Part shown: positions 47,849-55,806 of the stretch, piece after piece
Layout of the letters: each line of letters begins with the position of its first letter
How positions within the stretch are numbered: position 1 is the stretch's first letter
NCBI GenBank assembly: GCA_016860985.1
Contig: BOKM01000001.1
Location: 920,040-984,039, forward strand
Direction: 5' to 3'
DNA from: Patescibacteria group bacterium
Lineage (GTDB): Bacteria > Patescibacteriota > Dojkabacteria > GCA-002793355
DNA: 64,000 bases
The notes under the pieces: model-generated
Database searches by the model: none
The model's input: only the letters and a program-made list of their open reading frames with translations
Told to the model about the DNA's origin: nothing
Made by a program: the position numbers and the translations under genes

Positions 47849-48754
47849 ATGAAGATTTATGTAGTTGGAACAGGCGGGGTTGGTGGTTTCTTTGGCGGAA
47901 AGCTCGCCCTCGCTGGTAATGATGTGACATTTTTAGCACGCGGAGAAAGTTACGAGAAAATAAAGTCAGAGGGATTGGTAATAAAGAGTGTTGACGGCGA
48001 TTTTTCTATTAATCCAGCAAAAGTCATAAGCTCATACGACGAGATAAGTAATCCTGACTTAATCTTTTTTGCTGTAAAAACCTACGATACCGATGAAGTA
48101 GCAAAAGCGTTAGCCGAACATGTTACATCAGAAACGGTAATAATTTCTTTCCAGAATGGAATCAGAAACGAGATTGCAATTCAGCAATATGTAAAAACAG
48201 CGGAGGTTTATCCGGGAATTGCATATGTAATCTCAGCAAAAACTGAGCCAAATACTATCAGCCAGACTGGTGGGTTGAAAAGACTGGTTTTTGGCGATAA
48301 AAGTAATTCCAATAATCAAAAATTAAAGAAAATTGAAGTTCTGTTTCGTGACGCGGGCATTGATGCAATTCTTTCCTCAGACATTGAGGCCGATGTGTGG
48401 AAAAAATATATTTTCATAAATGCCTTTGCAGGTATGACTGCCCTAATATGCAGTCCTATTGGAAAAATATTAGAAAATGCAGACTACACTCAGATGTACG
48501 AGGATTGCGTTCACGAGAATATTGCTATCGCAAAGAAAATGAATGTTAATCTGCCAGAAACAATATTCGAAGATACAATGAAGTTAACAAGAAATACTAA
48601 CCCCGCTGCAAAATCGTCACTTTTAATTGATATTGAAAATAACAGGAAAACAGAGATTGAAAGCCTCAATGGAATGATTGTAAGGTTGGCAGCGGAGTGT
48701 GCGGTAGAGGTGCCAGTAAATGAGAAGATTTACTACGAACTAAAGAATAAGTAG
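47849..48754 (+). CDS. panE: 2-dehydropantoate 2-reductase (ketopantoate reductase, ApbA/PanE family)
   Basis: The N-terminal Rossmann fold reads MKIYVVGTGGVGGFFGGKLALAGNDVTFLARG. The C-terminal ApbA_C helical domain is present. The upstream GTG and ATG candidates at 47762 and 47834 were rejected. Confidence 0.7.
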   Translation: MKIYVVGTGGVGGFFGGKLALAGNDVTFLARGESYEKIKSEGLVIKSVDGDFSINPAKVISSYDEISNPDLIFFAVKTYDTDEVAKALAEHVTSETVIISFQNGIRNEIAIQQYVKTAEVYPGIAYVISAKTEPNTISQTGGLKRLVFGDKSNSNNQKLKKIEVLFRDAGIDAILSSDIEADVWKKYIFINAFAGMTALICSPIGKILENADYTQMYEDCVHENIAIAKKMNVNLPETIFEDTMKLTRNTNPAAKSSLLIDIENNRKTEIESLNGMIVRLAAECAVEVPVNEKIYYELKNK

Positions 48755-48801
48755 AGTTTGTTAATTACAGAGTGGAGTTCCAGGTCTGAAAGGAGTATAC
48801 A

Positions 48802-48875
48802 AGCTGGAAACGGGAGTCGAACCCGTGACCTCTCCCTTACCAAGGGAGTGCTCTAGCCAACTGAGCTATTCCAGC
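48802..48875 (-). tRNA. tRNA-Thr (anticodon GGT)
   Basis: A 74-nt cloverleaf: GCTGGAA-TA-GCTC-AGTTGGCTA-GAGC-A-CTCCC-TTGGTAA-GGGAG-AGGTC-ACGGG-TTCGACT-CCCGT-TTCCAGC-T. Confidence 0.8.
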
Positions 48876-48965
48876 ATAGTGTCGGAATGAAAATATTCCA
48901 AGGAAACGTGAGTCACACTACGTATTCCAGCAGATTATAACATCTTTCTTTTTACTTCGGAATTG

Positions 48966-50624
48966 CTAGGCGTTGCTATCGCTCGGTTCATTAAGTAGCC
49001 GCAGCATCACCTCTTTTTCGTTCCAAGGTCGTTCTTCTGTTTCAAAACAAAGACTCTTCTCTGGTCCCTTTCCTGCACAAATAACCACATCTCCAGGTTG
49101 AGCAAGCGAGAAGGCTTTTCTGATTGCTTCGACTCGAATCTCTTCTTTGATCGAAGCATCGTCAAAGCGGTAGAGTGTTCGTTTATCTTGTAATTGTTGT
49201 TCCGTAACACAGGCACGCCACCCCTTCTCGATTGCATCGTTAATTTCAGAAAGTTTTTCTGTGCGTGGATCCTCTGCGGTGAGAATGGTAATGTCGGCAT
49301 ATTGTGCTGCTGCAGCTCCCATTCTCGGTCTCTTAACGGTATCTCTCTGACCCGCTGTTCCGAATACAACGATTACTCTATTAGTACTTGGAAGTGTTCG
49401 GTAAGTTTTAAGAATTGCTTCCAATGATTCTGGTGTATGTGCAAAATCAAGCACTGCTTTAAAGGGTGCCGTTTGAAGAACTTCGTTTCTGCCATCAACA
49501 GGATGAAGCTTCTCAATAACATTAGGAATTTCCGGTAATTCTAGTTCACGGGCAATAATTATAGAGGCAAATACATTAGTAGCGTTAAAAGCACCTGCAA
49601 AGGGTACGTTAAAATGCTCTGATGCCGTTTCATCTTTTGCACTCTGCAGATCGAAAGATATCGAATTTTCATTAGTTACGAGATTCTTGGCTACATAGCC
49701 TTGAGAGTCTGGGAAAGATAGCCCTTCCTGAGAAATTGTGAAAACTTTAGTCGCATATTTATAGAGTTCAGGGTATACTTTTTCTCTAATATTCTCGTCG
49801 TCGATATTAACGATTGCAACGCCACAGTCGGGTTTTAGAAATGTGGTGACAAGCTTCATTTTGGTCATGAGTACATGCTCGAGTGTTTTATGGAAATCTA
49901 AATGTTCTGGTTGCACATTTGTGAGAACTGCGTAGTCGAACTTTAATCCAGAAATACGACCTGTAGCTATTGCATGAGATGAAGATTCTACAACAATTAT
50001 TTCACTTTCCTTTTCCAACATCTTTTGAAAAAGTACCGCGAGTTCTTGGGCAGAAGGGGTGCTGGTGTGCAAGCCTGTTTCAATTTTTTCGTCTAAAATT
50101 CTTCCTCCAATTGTGCTGATGAGGCTAACTTTCCTACCAAGCATAGTAAGCGTGTCGTACAGCATTTGAGAGGTTGTAGTCTTTCCTTTGCTTCCTGTTA
50201 CACCAATAAGTATCGTCTTTCCGAAGTCAATGTCGTAAAGAGGTGCAATATTTGATTCCTTTATCGCGCTCAGCACGTAAGTGTCTTCCTTAAATTCGTC
50301 CATCGCATATGCTTCGACAATCATGTCGTAAAAAGTCCCGACATCGTAGGTTTTTGTATTGGGATTTGCAGCGAAAATCTGCTCTTGTAATCTTTGTGGG
50401 AGTGCTGTGGTGTACAAAATAAGATTTGAATCAGGGAAAGACCAGGAATCAGGATTTTGAATTCGGATGTTCGCACCTAAGTGTACAAGCTCTTTGGTGT
50501 GCTCATTTTCTTTTTGGTCGTAACCATCTACAGAAATTTTAAGGAGTGAGAGCACTTTTGCAACGTAGTACGCTGCGCCACCACCAACACCAATTACCGT
50601 AACTTTTTTGAGTGAAGAAAACAT
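48966..50624 (-). CDS. Mur ligase family enzyme (UDP-MurNAc-peptide ligase) with a MurE/MurF-like core and a MurC/D-like N-terminal Rossmann domain
   Basis: The N-terminus reads VTVIGVGGGAAYYVAKVL. The central domain carries the P-loop GVTGSKGKTTTSQML, then VVESSSHAIATGRISGLKFDYAVLTNVQPEHLDFH. The C-terminal domain reads GTAGQRD. Subtype is unresolved. Confidence 0.65.
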   Translation of the reverse strand: MFSSLKKVTVIGVGGGAAYYVAKVLSLLKISVDGYDQKENEHTKELVHLGANIRIQNPDSWSFPDSNLILYTTALPQRLQEQIFAANPNTKTYDVGTFYDMIVEAYAMDEFKEDTYVLSAIKESNIAPLYDIDFGKTILIGVTGSKGKTTTSQMLYDTLTMLGRKVSLISTIGGRILDEKIETGLHTSTPSAQELAVLFQKMLEKESEIIVVESSSHAIATGRISGLKFDYAVLTNVQPEHLDFHKTLEHVLMTKMKLVTTFLKPDCGVAIVNIDDENIREKVYPELYKYATKVFTISQEGLSFPDSQGYVAKNLVTNENSISFDLQSAKDETASEHFNVPFAGAFNATNVFASIIIARELELPEIPNVIEKLHPVDGRNEVLQTAPFKAVLDFAHTPESLEAILKTYRTLPSTNRVIVVFGTAGQRDTVKRPRMGAAAAQYADITILTAEDPRTEKLSEINDAIEKGWRACVTEQQLQDKRTLYRFDDASIKEEIRVEAIRKAFSLAQPGDVVICAGKGPEKSLCFETEERPWNEKEVMLRLLNEPSDSNA

Positions 50625-50739
50625 AAGAATGAGTCTTAATCCAATAACTTATATCACATAGCTTGGAATCCATTCTTCCACCAGAATTGTGATATGTCAA
50701 CCAAGACGACACCTACGCCTAGCTAAAAACACGTGAAAA

Positions 50740-50748
50740 TGGTATAAT
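50740..50748 (+). promoter_or_regulatory. Extended -10 promoter element (TGgTATAAT)
   Basis: tggtataat is a perfect extended -10 match. It lies 174 nt upstream of the ATG at 50922 in a 297-bp intergenic region. No clear -35 is present. Confidence 0.3.
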
Positions 50749-50756
50749 TCGCCACT

Positions 50757-50921
50757 ATTTGCACCTCTTTTGCAATGAGGAATCTTGCTAAAGACTTGAG
50801 TGTGCAAGGTGAACATTAAAAATTGGGCAGCGAAGGTATATGTGAGTTCTAAAATTTAGGATTCAACTATGCCTTCGCTTGCTCACGCAAGCAAAATCAC
50901 AGGCAAAGAAAGGAGAATATC
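50757..50921 (+). promoter_or_regulatory. Structured 5' leader (about 165 nt) of the membrane-protein gene at 50922. It may be a cis-regulatory RNA or riboswitch.
   Basis: An 11-bp stem gcgaaggtata/tatgccttcgc with one G-U pair encloses a 27-nt loop. The hairpin gcttgc-tcac-gcaagc follows immediately. An A-rich tract and a strong SD (aaaggag, 8 nt from the ATG) are present, which is unusual in this SD-poor window. Confidence 0.35.
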
Positions 50922-51467
50922 ATGAAGAAATTTATTCATGTTTTCTTCATAGAATGGATTCAAAACCTCGCCTCCGTGATAGGAATGGTGCTAGCCCTAA
51001 CAACCAATGGTTGGATTAGTTATGTCTGGGTTATTGGCGGTATGCTGATAACGTCGGTCGTAATTTCTCTAACCGAGAATTGGAAGCTCACTGCAACTGA
51101 ATTACCGCAAGAGTCACAAACTCTCTGGGGCACAGTGCAGTATGGGCTACTTCTCGGGTTGTTCGGGGCTGTATACCTATTTCTCTCACAATGGGGTGAG
51201 TGGCGAATTCATCTTGTGATAGGGCTTGTGCTCGGTGGAGCTCTATCAGCACTTTCGTTCTCGAAAGAGAATTGGTGGACACCGAGGTTTTGGTCGCATA
51301 CTGCTAGCTTTTCCGCTACCGGCGGTATTCTTCTGCTCCTTTTTAGGATCGCAAGAGATACCTCAACGGTCAGTGAAAAAAGTTTGCATATTGTGACACT
51401 CACGACGGTAATGACGTTGCTTATTGTCGTGATAGACTACGGTCCATTCCTTAAAAAGAAGCCGTAG
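50922..51467 (+). CDS. Hypothetical integral membrane protein (181 aa, about 5 TM), possibly a small-molecule transporter or ECF S-component-like
   Basis: Trp-rich TM bundle with no family recognised. The gene has a long structured leader and a strong RBS. Confidence 0.5.
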   Translation: MKKFIHVFFIEWIQNLASVIGMVLALTTNGWISYVWVIGGMLITSVVISLTENWKLTATELPQESQTLWGTVQYGLLLGLFGAVYLFLSQWGEWRIHLVIGLVLGGALSALSFSKENWWTPRFWSHTASFSATGGILLLLFRIARDTSTVSEKSLHIVTLTTVMTLLIVVIDYGPFLKKKP

Positions 51468-51468
51468 T

Positions 51469-51526
51469 GGTAACTAATGTTCGCCGGGCGGCTAAAATGA
51501 AGAATTTGATGCCGCCCGTAGTTACC
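51469..51526. terminator. Imperfect GC-rich hairpin between convergent genes, a candidate bidirectional terminator
   Basis: ggtaacta-[atgttcgc]-cgggcggc ... gccgcccg-tagttacc forms stems of 8 + 8 bp with an 18-nt loop. No U-tract follows, so it is probably not a canonical intrinsic terminator. Confidence 0.3.
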
Positions 51527-51531
51527 AATTA

Positions 51532-51840
51532 CTACTTTGCTTCCCCTGTAAATTTTCCTGCCTCAACAAATCTTTCTTTGTAGATTCTTTTTGTTTCTTC
51601 GTCGAATACCGTTAATATTTCAATTTCGGCGAATGTCTTCTCTTCAGTTTGCGTAATGCTTAAAACTCGGCAATAACCCAAAAAGTTCCAATCTGAGTGA
51701 AAATATAACAAAGCAATCCTTAAAGGAAGAAGACGTTCTCTTTGTAATTCAATTTTTGTGCGAAAACCATTCTTTAGCAGTGACATATCAAAGTCTGGTG
51801 AAATTCGAACAATTGAATTTACTTCTATCATTGCGCCCAT
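51532..51840 (-). CDS. Hypothetical small protein (102 aa)
   Basis: Clean ORF with no family recognised. Confidence 0.4.
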   Translation of the reverse strand: MGAMIEVNSIVRISPDFDMSLLKNGFRTKIELQRERLLPLRIALLYFHSDWNFLGYCRVLSITQTEEKTFAEIEILTVFDEETKRIYKERFVEAGKFTGEAK

Positions 51841-51918
51841 AGAATCAACAAATACTTTAGTAGACTATTATACGTCAATGTAAAAACACTTAAATAAGAA
51901 AGTTAGAATTAAGAAAAA

Positions 51919-51936
51919 AGCCGAAGGTGGGATTCG
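51919..51936 (-). repeat. An 18-nt direct duplicate of the 3' end of tRNA-Thr(TGT) (agccgaaggtgggattcg), 162 bp from the intact gene
   Basis: Identical to 52099-52116. Only the acceptor and T-arm 3' segment is duplicated, the classic attL/attR footprint. Confidence 0.5.
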
Positions 51937-52098
51937 GTCACCTCACGGTATTTTTGTTCACTACGCTTCAAAAACACGCGTTCCTCGACCCCCGTCGTTT
52001 TAGACATAATGACTGATTATGTCCAAACTCCGTTTCTAATCCCTTATTGAAACAAAAAACGCTGTCTGGAAACGTTTGCATGTTCCCAAACAGCGCTT

Positions 52099-52170
52099 AG
52101 CCGAAGGTGGGATTCGAACCCACGACATACAGTTTACAAAACTGCCACTCTACCACTGAGTTACTCCGGC
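52099..52170 (-). tRNA. tRNA-Thr (anticodon TGT)
   Basis: A 72-nt cloverleaf: GCCGGAG-TA-ACTC-AGTGGTA-GAGT-G-GCAGT-TTTGTAA-ACTGT-ATGTC-GTGGG-TTCGAAT-CCCAC-CTTCGGC-T. Confidence 0.8.
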
Positions 52171-52827
52171 TCAAAATGCTGCTGCGCCTGGTAGCCCAAA
52201 CAGGGTCAAAACCAAGCCAACTACAGTAGACAGCAGATTATACCAAAAAGAACTAAATATGGCGAACAGGGGTGAAAATGGAAGAATCATAGCAAGTAAA
52301 AGAATGGGAGCATACTGAGCCAAACTGGACCAGTTTGCTCTCCAATGTTTAGGAAGGAACATTTCGACGATATTACTTCCATCTAATGGGGGGATTGGTA
52401 GTAGGTTAAATAGCATTAAGCTGATATTAATGAACAACATGACGGTCAGAAAAGATGCAAGAAGTTGTAAGGCTAGTGTTGGCAGTGGCAAGATGATTAC
52501 AAGCTTGAGTAGTAGTGCAGAAACAACTACAAGTAAAAGGTTAGAAAGTGGCCCAGCAATTGATACAATGGCACTTCCCACTACAGGATTCTCGAAGTTA
52601 TAACTATTTACCGGTACGGGTTTACTCCACCCTATTTTTCCAAAAATCATCATTAAGAAGCCAATTGGGTCGATGTGTGCAATTGGGTTAATCGTCATTC
52701 TACCTTCCGCTCGTGCGGTGTCGTCGCCAAGTTTGTAGGCAGCATAGGCGTGAGCGTACTCATGAACGGCCGAAGAAATAAGCATTGCCGGAATCGTAAA
52801 CAGTAATGCCATAAGGTCAATTCCCAT
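52171..52827 (-). CDS. Peptidase M50 (site-2 protease family) membrane metalloprotease, short form
   Basis: HExxH reads HEYAHAYAA within a TM. The downstream LDG motif (LLPIPPLDGS) is present, with about 6 TM segments. Confidence 0.65.
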   Translation of the reverse strand: MGIDLMALLFTIPAMLISSAVHEYAHAYAAYKLGDDTARAEGRMTINPIAHIDPIGFLMMIFGKIGWSKPVPVNSYNFENPVVGSAIVSIAGPLSNLLLVVVSALLLKLVIILPLPTLALQLLASFLTVMLFINISLMLFNLLPIPPLDGSNIVEMFLPKHWRANWSSLAQYAPILLLAMILPFSPLFAIFSSFWYNLLSTVVGLVLTLFGLPGAAAF

Positions 52828-52833
52828 GAAGAA

Positions 52834-53706
52834 CTATACCATGTTTTTCCAGTTAGACGCATTCCTTGTGCGATATATTTTTTGAATTGAAGATCCTTCT
52901 GATTTCAATTTTTCATCGTACCCTGCTATCTTTTCTAGTACCTCGTAGGTGCAAAGTGAAAAAAGATAAAGAAAATCTTCGATTGTAAGGTCTGAAGGTT
53001 TTTTCTGCATAAGTTGAATACGTCCCAAATCGATTCTGCGTGCCATATAGCGGCCAAGTATTGGAGCCCTACGTACAACTGGGTGTGACTGGTTAAAAAG
53101 GTACGAAACAAAATTCATAAAGAATTGCTCTTGATCAAGACTTACTTTATTCTGAATCCTCTCGATTTTTACCAAAACAGTTTCTACACTTGGAGCGGGT
53201 GAAAAATCAGCTCTACTGAAGTGGTGAAGCAATGAGAATTTGTGTCGAATTTGCATCTGAATTGAAAGTATCCCTGATGGAGCGGTGAGTTGTTGCCCAC
53301 CAAATCGATTTGCTGCTTCTTCTTGCATGACAAAATAGCCGAATTCAAAGCGCTTGTCTTCAGTTAGTTGTTTTACGATTGCTGTTGTACTCATAAAGGG
53401 AATATTTGAAACAACACAATAACGAGATGGCAGATTTACTGCAGCTAGAAAATTAGTAGCTTGGATTTGTACTCGAGGATATTGCCTATACGCTTCGCTT
53501 AGTGATTTTGCAAGTGCAAGGTCTAATTCATAGGCTAGAATATCGTTTTTTGTTTCAGTAACAAGCCACTGTGTAATGTTACCTGTTCCCGCTCCTATAT
53601 CGATAATAGGGAGACCTTGTGGAATAGAAACGTATTTTTTGAAGACATTTGATATGACTGATGGCTTTAGAAAGTTCTGTGTTGCTTGTATCGTGATCGT
53701 TGCCAT
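52834..53706 (-). CDS. rRNA adenine N6-dimethyltransferase family (KsgA/RsmA or Erm-like)
   Basis: QNFL lies at residues 10-13. The SAM loop is IIDIGAGTGNIT, followed by YELD and the target-adenine motif VVSNIPFMSTTAIV (compare Erm NIPYNIST and KsgA NLPYNISTP). A C-terminal helical domain is present. Confidence 0.7.
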   Translation of the reverse strand: MATITIQATQNFLKPSVISNVFKKYVSIPQGLPIIDIGAGTGNITQWLVTETKNDILAYELDLALAKSLSEAYRQYPRVQIQATNFLAAVNLPSRYCVVSNIPFMSTTAIVKQLTEDKRFEFGYFVMQEEAANRFGGQQLTAPSGILSIQMQIRHKFSLLHHFSRADFSPAPSVETVLVKIERIQNKVSLDQEQFFMNFVSYLFNQSHPVVRRAPILGRYMARRIDLGRIQLMQKKPSDLTIEDFLYLFSLCTYEVLEKIAGYDEKLKSEGSSIQKIYRTRNASNWKNMV

Positions 53707-53742
53707 CTGTACTTAAGGGAATGTTATGTATTGATGGTATCG

Positions 53743-54930
53743 TTATCTACTTGCTTTTGCAACTTGTTTGCTGACAATCAATGCCGAAGGAAGAATGAAG
53801 ACTATTCCTACAATCCCCATTACCCCTAACGTTGTTGCGACGTTATATTTGGTCATTGCCCAACCAATAAGTGGTCCACCTGCGGAGATGAGTAGATTCT
53901 CAAACAACGAAATTGCAGATAAGGAGGTTGCTCGATATTTTGATACAATTTGCTCGTTTTGCAAGCGTGAGAGAATTGGTTTTCTGAATCCATCTGCAAA
54001 TTTTCTGGCATATACAGATGAAATCGCTCCTGCTTTCGTTTGCCAAAACGAGAGAAAGGAACCGAGAATCTGCATAACTGTAAGAGCAACAGGAATATTC
54101 TTGTCACCAAGTTTCATTATGTACGGTATGAGTTTGGTTCCGGCTGCTCTGATTAGGTATGTGCCTGCAACAATCCACCCCATCCATGAAGCAGGGAAAC
54201 CGGCCTCGGCAAGTCGTGGTTCGTACAGGTACCAAAGCCCCGCGTAAGCAACAAAATTAATAAGGATACTAAATATTGAGATGGATCTAATAAGCGGATG
54301 TTGAAATATATGCTTCATTCCATCCCAATTCTGTTTGAGATAATTCTTTAGCGTAAATTTTTCGGTGTCAAGTGTCGGTTCTTCTAGCCCTAGAGCGGTT
54401 AAGAATGCGATAAATGCAATTACTGCTGAAGCGATGTATGGTGCATGTAAGTCAATTTTGAATAGATATCCACCAATCACGCTTGATAATGCCATTCCAA
54501 GTGTCGCATAAAAGAAGGCGTCTGATTCGGTCTTTTGATAATGCTTTTCTTCCTGGTTATTTTCTTTGAGAGAATCAAATAATAGTGCCGAAAGTGCACC
54601 CGATTCAAATGCCCAGTTTGCATGGTAAAAGATGTTTCCTAAAAGAAATAGAGGAAAAGAATCGGCAACACTGTAAAGTGCAAAACCAATAATACCAAGC
54701 AATCTTCCAAGCAAAATAGTTCTTCTTCGACCGATCATATCGGCAAGTGCACCGGAGGGCAATTCAAGAAGAAGAGAAACAAACACACCAGATGAGGTGA
54801 TAAGCGCGATTTCTTCCCAACTCAGGTAATTTCTCCAGATGAGAACCCATACGCCAATTGCTACATAAAACCACTGAAAGAAGGTGGTGATAAGAAAGTA
54901 TTTTTTATTCTTTTGCCAATTAGTCTTCAT
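53743..54930 (-). CDS. MFS transporter, a paralogue of 12050..13240
   Basis: About 12 TM segments. The N-terminus carries the conserved IGVWVLIWRNY region and GALADMIGRRRT. Confidence 0.7.
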   Translation of the reverse strand: MKTNWQKNKKYFLITTFFQWFYVAIGVWVLIWRNYLSWEEIALITSSGVFVSLLLELPSGALADMIGRRRTILLGRLLGIIGFALYSVADSFPLFLLGNIFYHANWAFESGALSALLFDSLKENNQEEKHYQKTESDAFFYATLGMALSSVIGGYLFKIDLHAPYIASAVIAFIAFLTALGLEEPTLDTEKFTLKNYLKQNWDGMKHIFQHPLIRSISIFSILINFVAYAGLWYLYEPRLAEAGFPASWMGWIVAGTYLIRAAGTKLIPYIMKLGDKNIPVALTVMQILGSFLSFWQTKAGAISSVYARKFADGFRKPILSRLQNEQIVSKYRATSLSAISLFENLLISAGGPLIGWAMTKYNVATTLGVMGIVGIVFILPSALIVSKQVAKASR

Positions 54931-54980
54931 ATGAGGGGATTATATGCCCTTTTCACGTAGTCTGCTACTCTTTGAATTTG

Positions 54981-55520
54981 TCAGCTCATTGTACGGATGT
55001 CTCGTTCTACAGTATCTCGTACAAAATCTTTCGGGAGCCTATCTTTGAGATATTGATGTTCTTTTTCGTTAATGATATTGAAAAGTGAGTTACCAACTTC
55101 TTCTTTAAGTTGCATAACAATGTTTGCGTTATCTTCGGGGCTGTTCGGCTTGTTCGGCATCGCTACCAACTGAAAAATTTCACGATAAACAGTAATGTCG
55201 GGCGGCAGCATCGTTGTATCTAGGTATTTTCTGTCGCGGTAATCACCCGTTAACCCTCGTACAAACAGGTGCGAGGCGACCCTATTCCCTTGCCTTAGGC
55301 GAATTTCACGTAATACTAGTTCCCCAGATTTTATACTCATTAAATCCGTAAACATTGCCGCAAAATGATAATGGCATTCTAATGCTTCACGGGACAATTC
55401 GCTGATATCTCCATTTTTAATAATATCATCGAGTGCGTGTACTTGTGACCAGAAGGCGCACCGAATCAAAAACTGTGCGTGTTCGTTCAATATTTCATCT
55501 GGCAAATGTTGGAGGCGCAT
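54981..55520 (-). CDS. Hypothetical protein (179 aa)
   Basis: Clean ORF with no family recognised. Confidence 0.4.
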   Translation of the reverse strand: MRLQHLPDEILNEHAQFLIRCAFWSQVHALDDIIKNGDISELSREALECHYHFAAMFTDLMSIKSGELVLREIRLRQGNRVASHLFVRGLTGDYRDRKYLDTTMLPPDITVYREIFQLVAMPNKPNSPEDNANIVMQLKEEVGNSLFNIINEKEHQYLKDRLPKDFVRDTVERDIRTMS

Positions 55521-55695
55521 TTATGAAGAATACACTGCAAATTACTTGTTGAACAGAGGTTCGATGCTCGCCTTAAGTAAGTCTTTATCCGTGTGGGTAT
55601 TGCATGTGCATTACGTTGTGAGATCCAAATGGAATTCGGACTATACTTTGGATATATGCTTTAGTTGAAAATCAAATGGATTTCCCACTAAAACA

Positions 55696-55768
55696 TGCAC
55701 TCGGCAGGAATCGAACCTGCAACCACCAGTTCCGCAAACTGGTGCTCTATCCGTTGAGCTACGAGTGC
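55696..55768 (-). tRNA. tRNA-Arg (anticodon GCG)
   Basis: A 73-nt cloverleaf: GCACTCG-TA-GCTC-AACGGATA-GAGC-A-CCAGT-TTGCGGA-ACTGG-TGGTT-GCAGG-TTCGATT-CCTGC-CGAGTGC-A. Anticodon GCG is uncommon for bacterial tRNA-Arg, where ACG is usual. Confidence 0.7.
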
Positions 55769-55806
55769 AGGGTGCGCCCGCCTTGCGGCGGGCATAATTT
55801 CACAAA

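Noticed and set aside
51897-51990. Possible additional complete tRNA containing the duplicated agccgaaggtgggattcg
   Set aside because: The flanking sequence does not form a T-arm, anticodon arm or D-arm. Only the 18-nt 3' fragment matches, so it is treated as a repeat or scar rather than a tRNA.
55771-55797. GC-rich hairpin gcccgcc-ttgc-ggcgggc next to tRNA-Arg
   Set aside because: On the transcribed (minus) strand it precedes the tRNA 5' end and is not followed by a U-run. It is more likely a processing or leader structure than a terminator, so it is not annotated as a feature.
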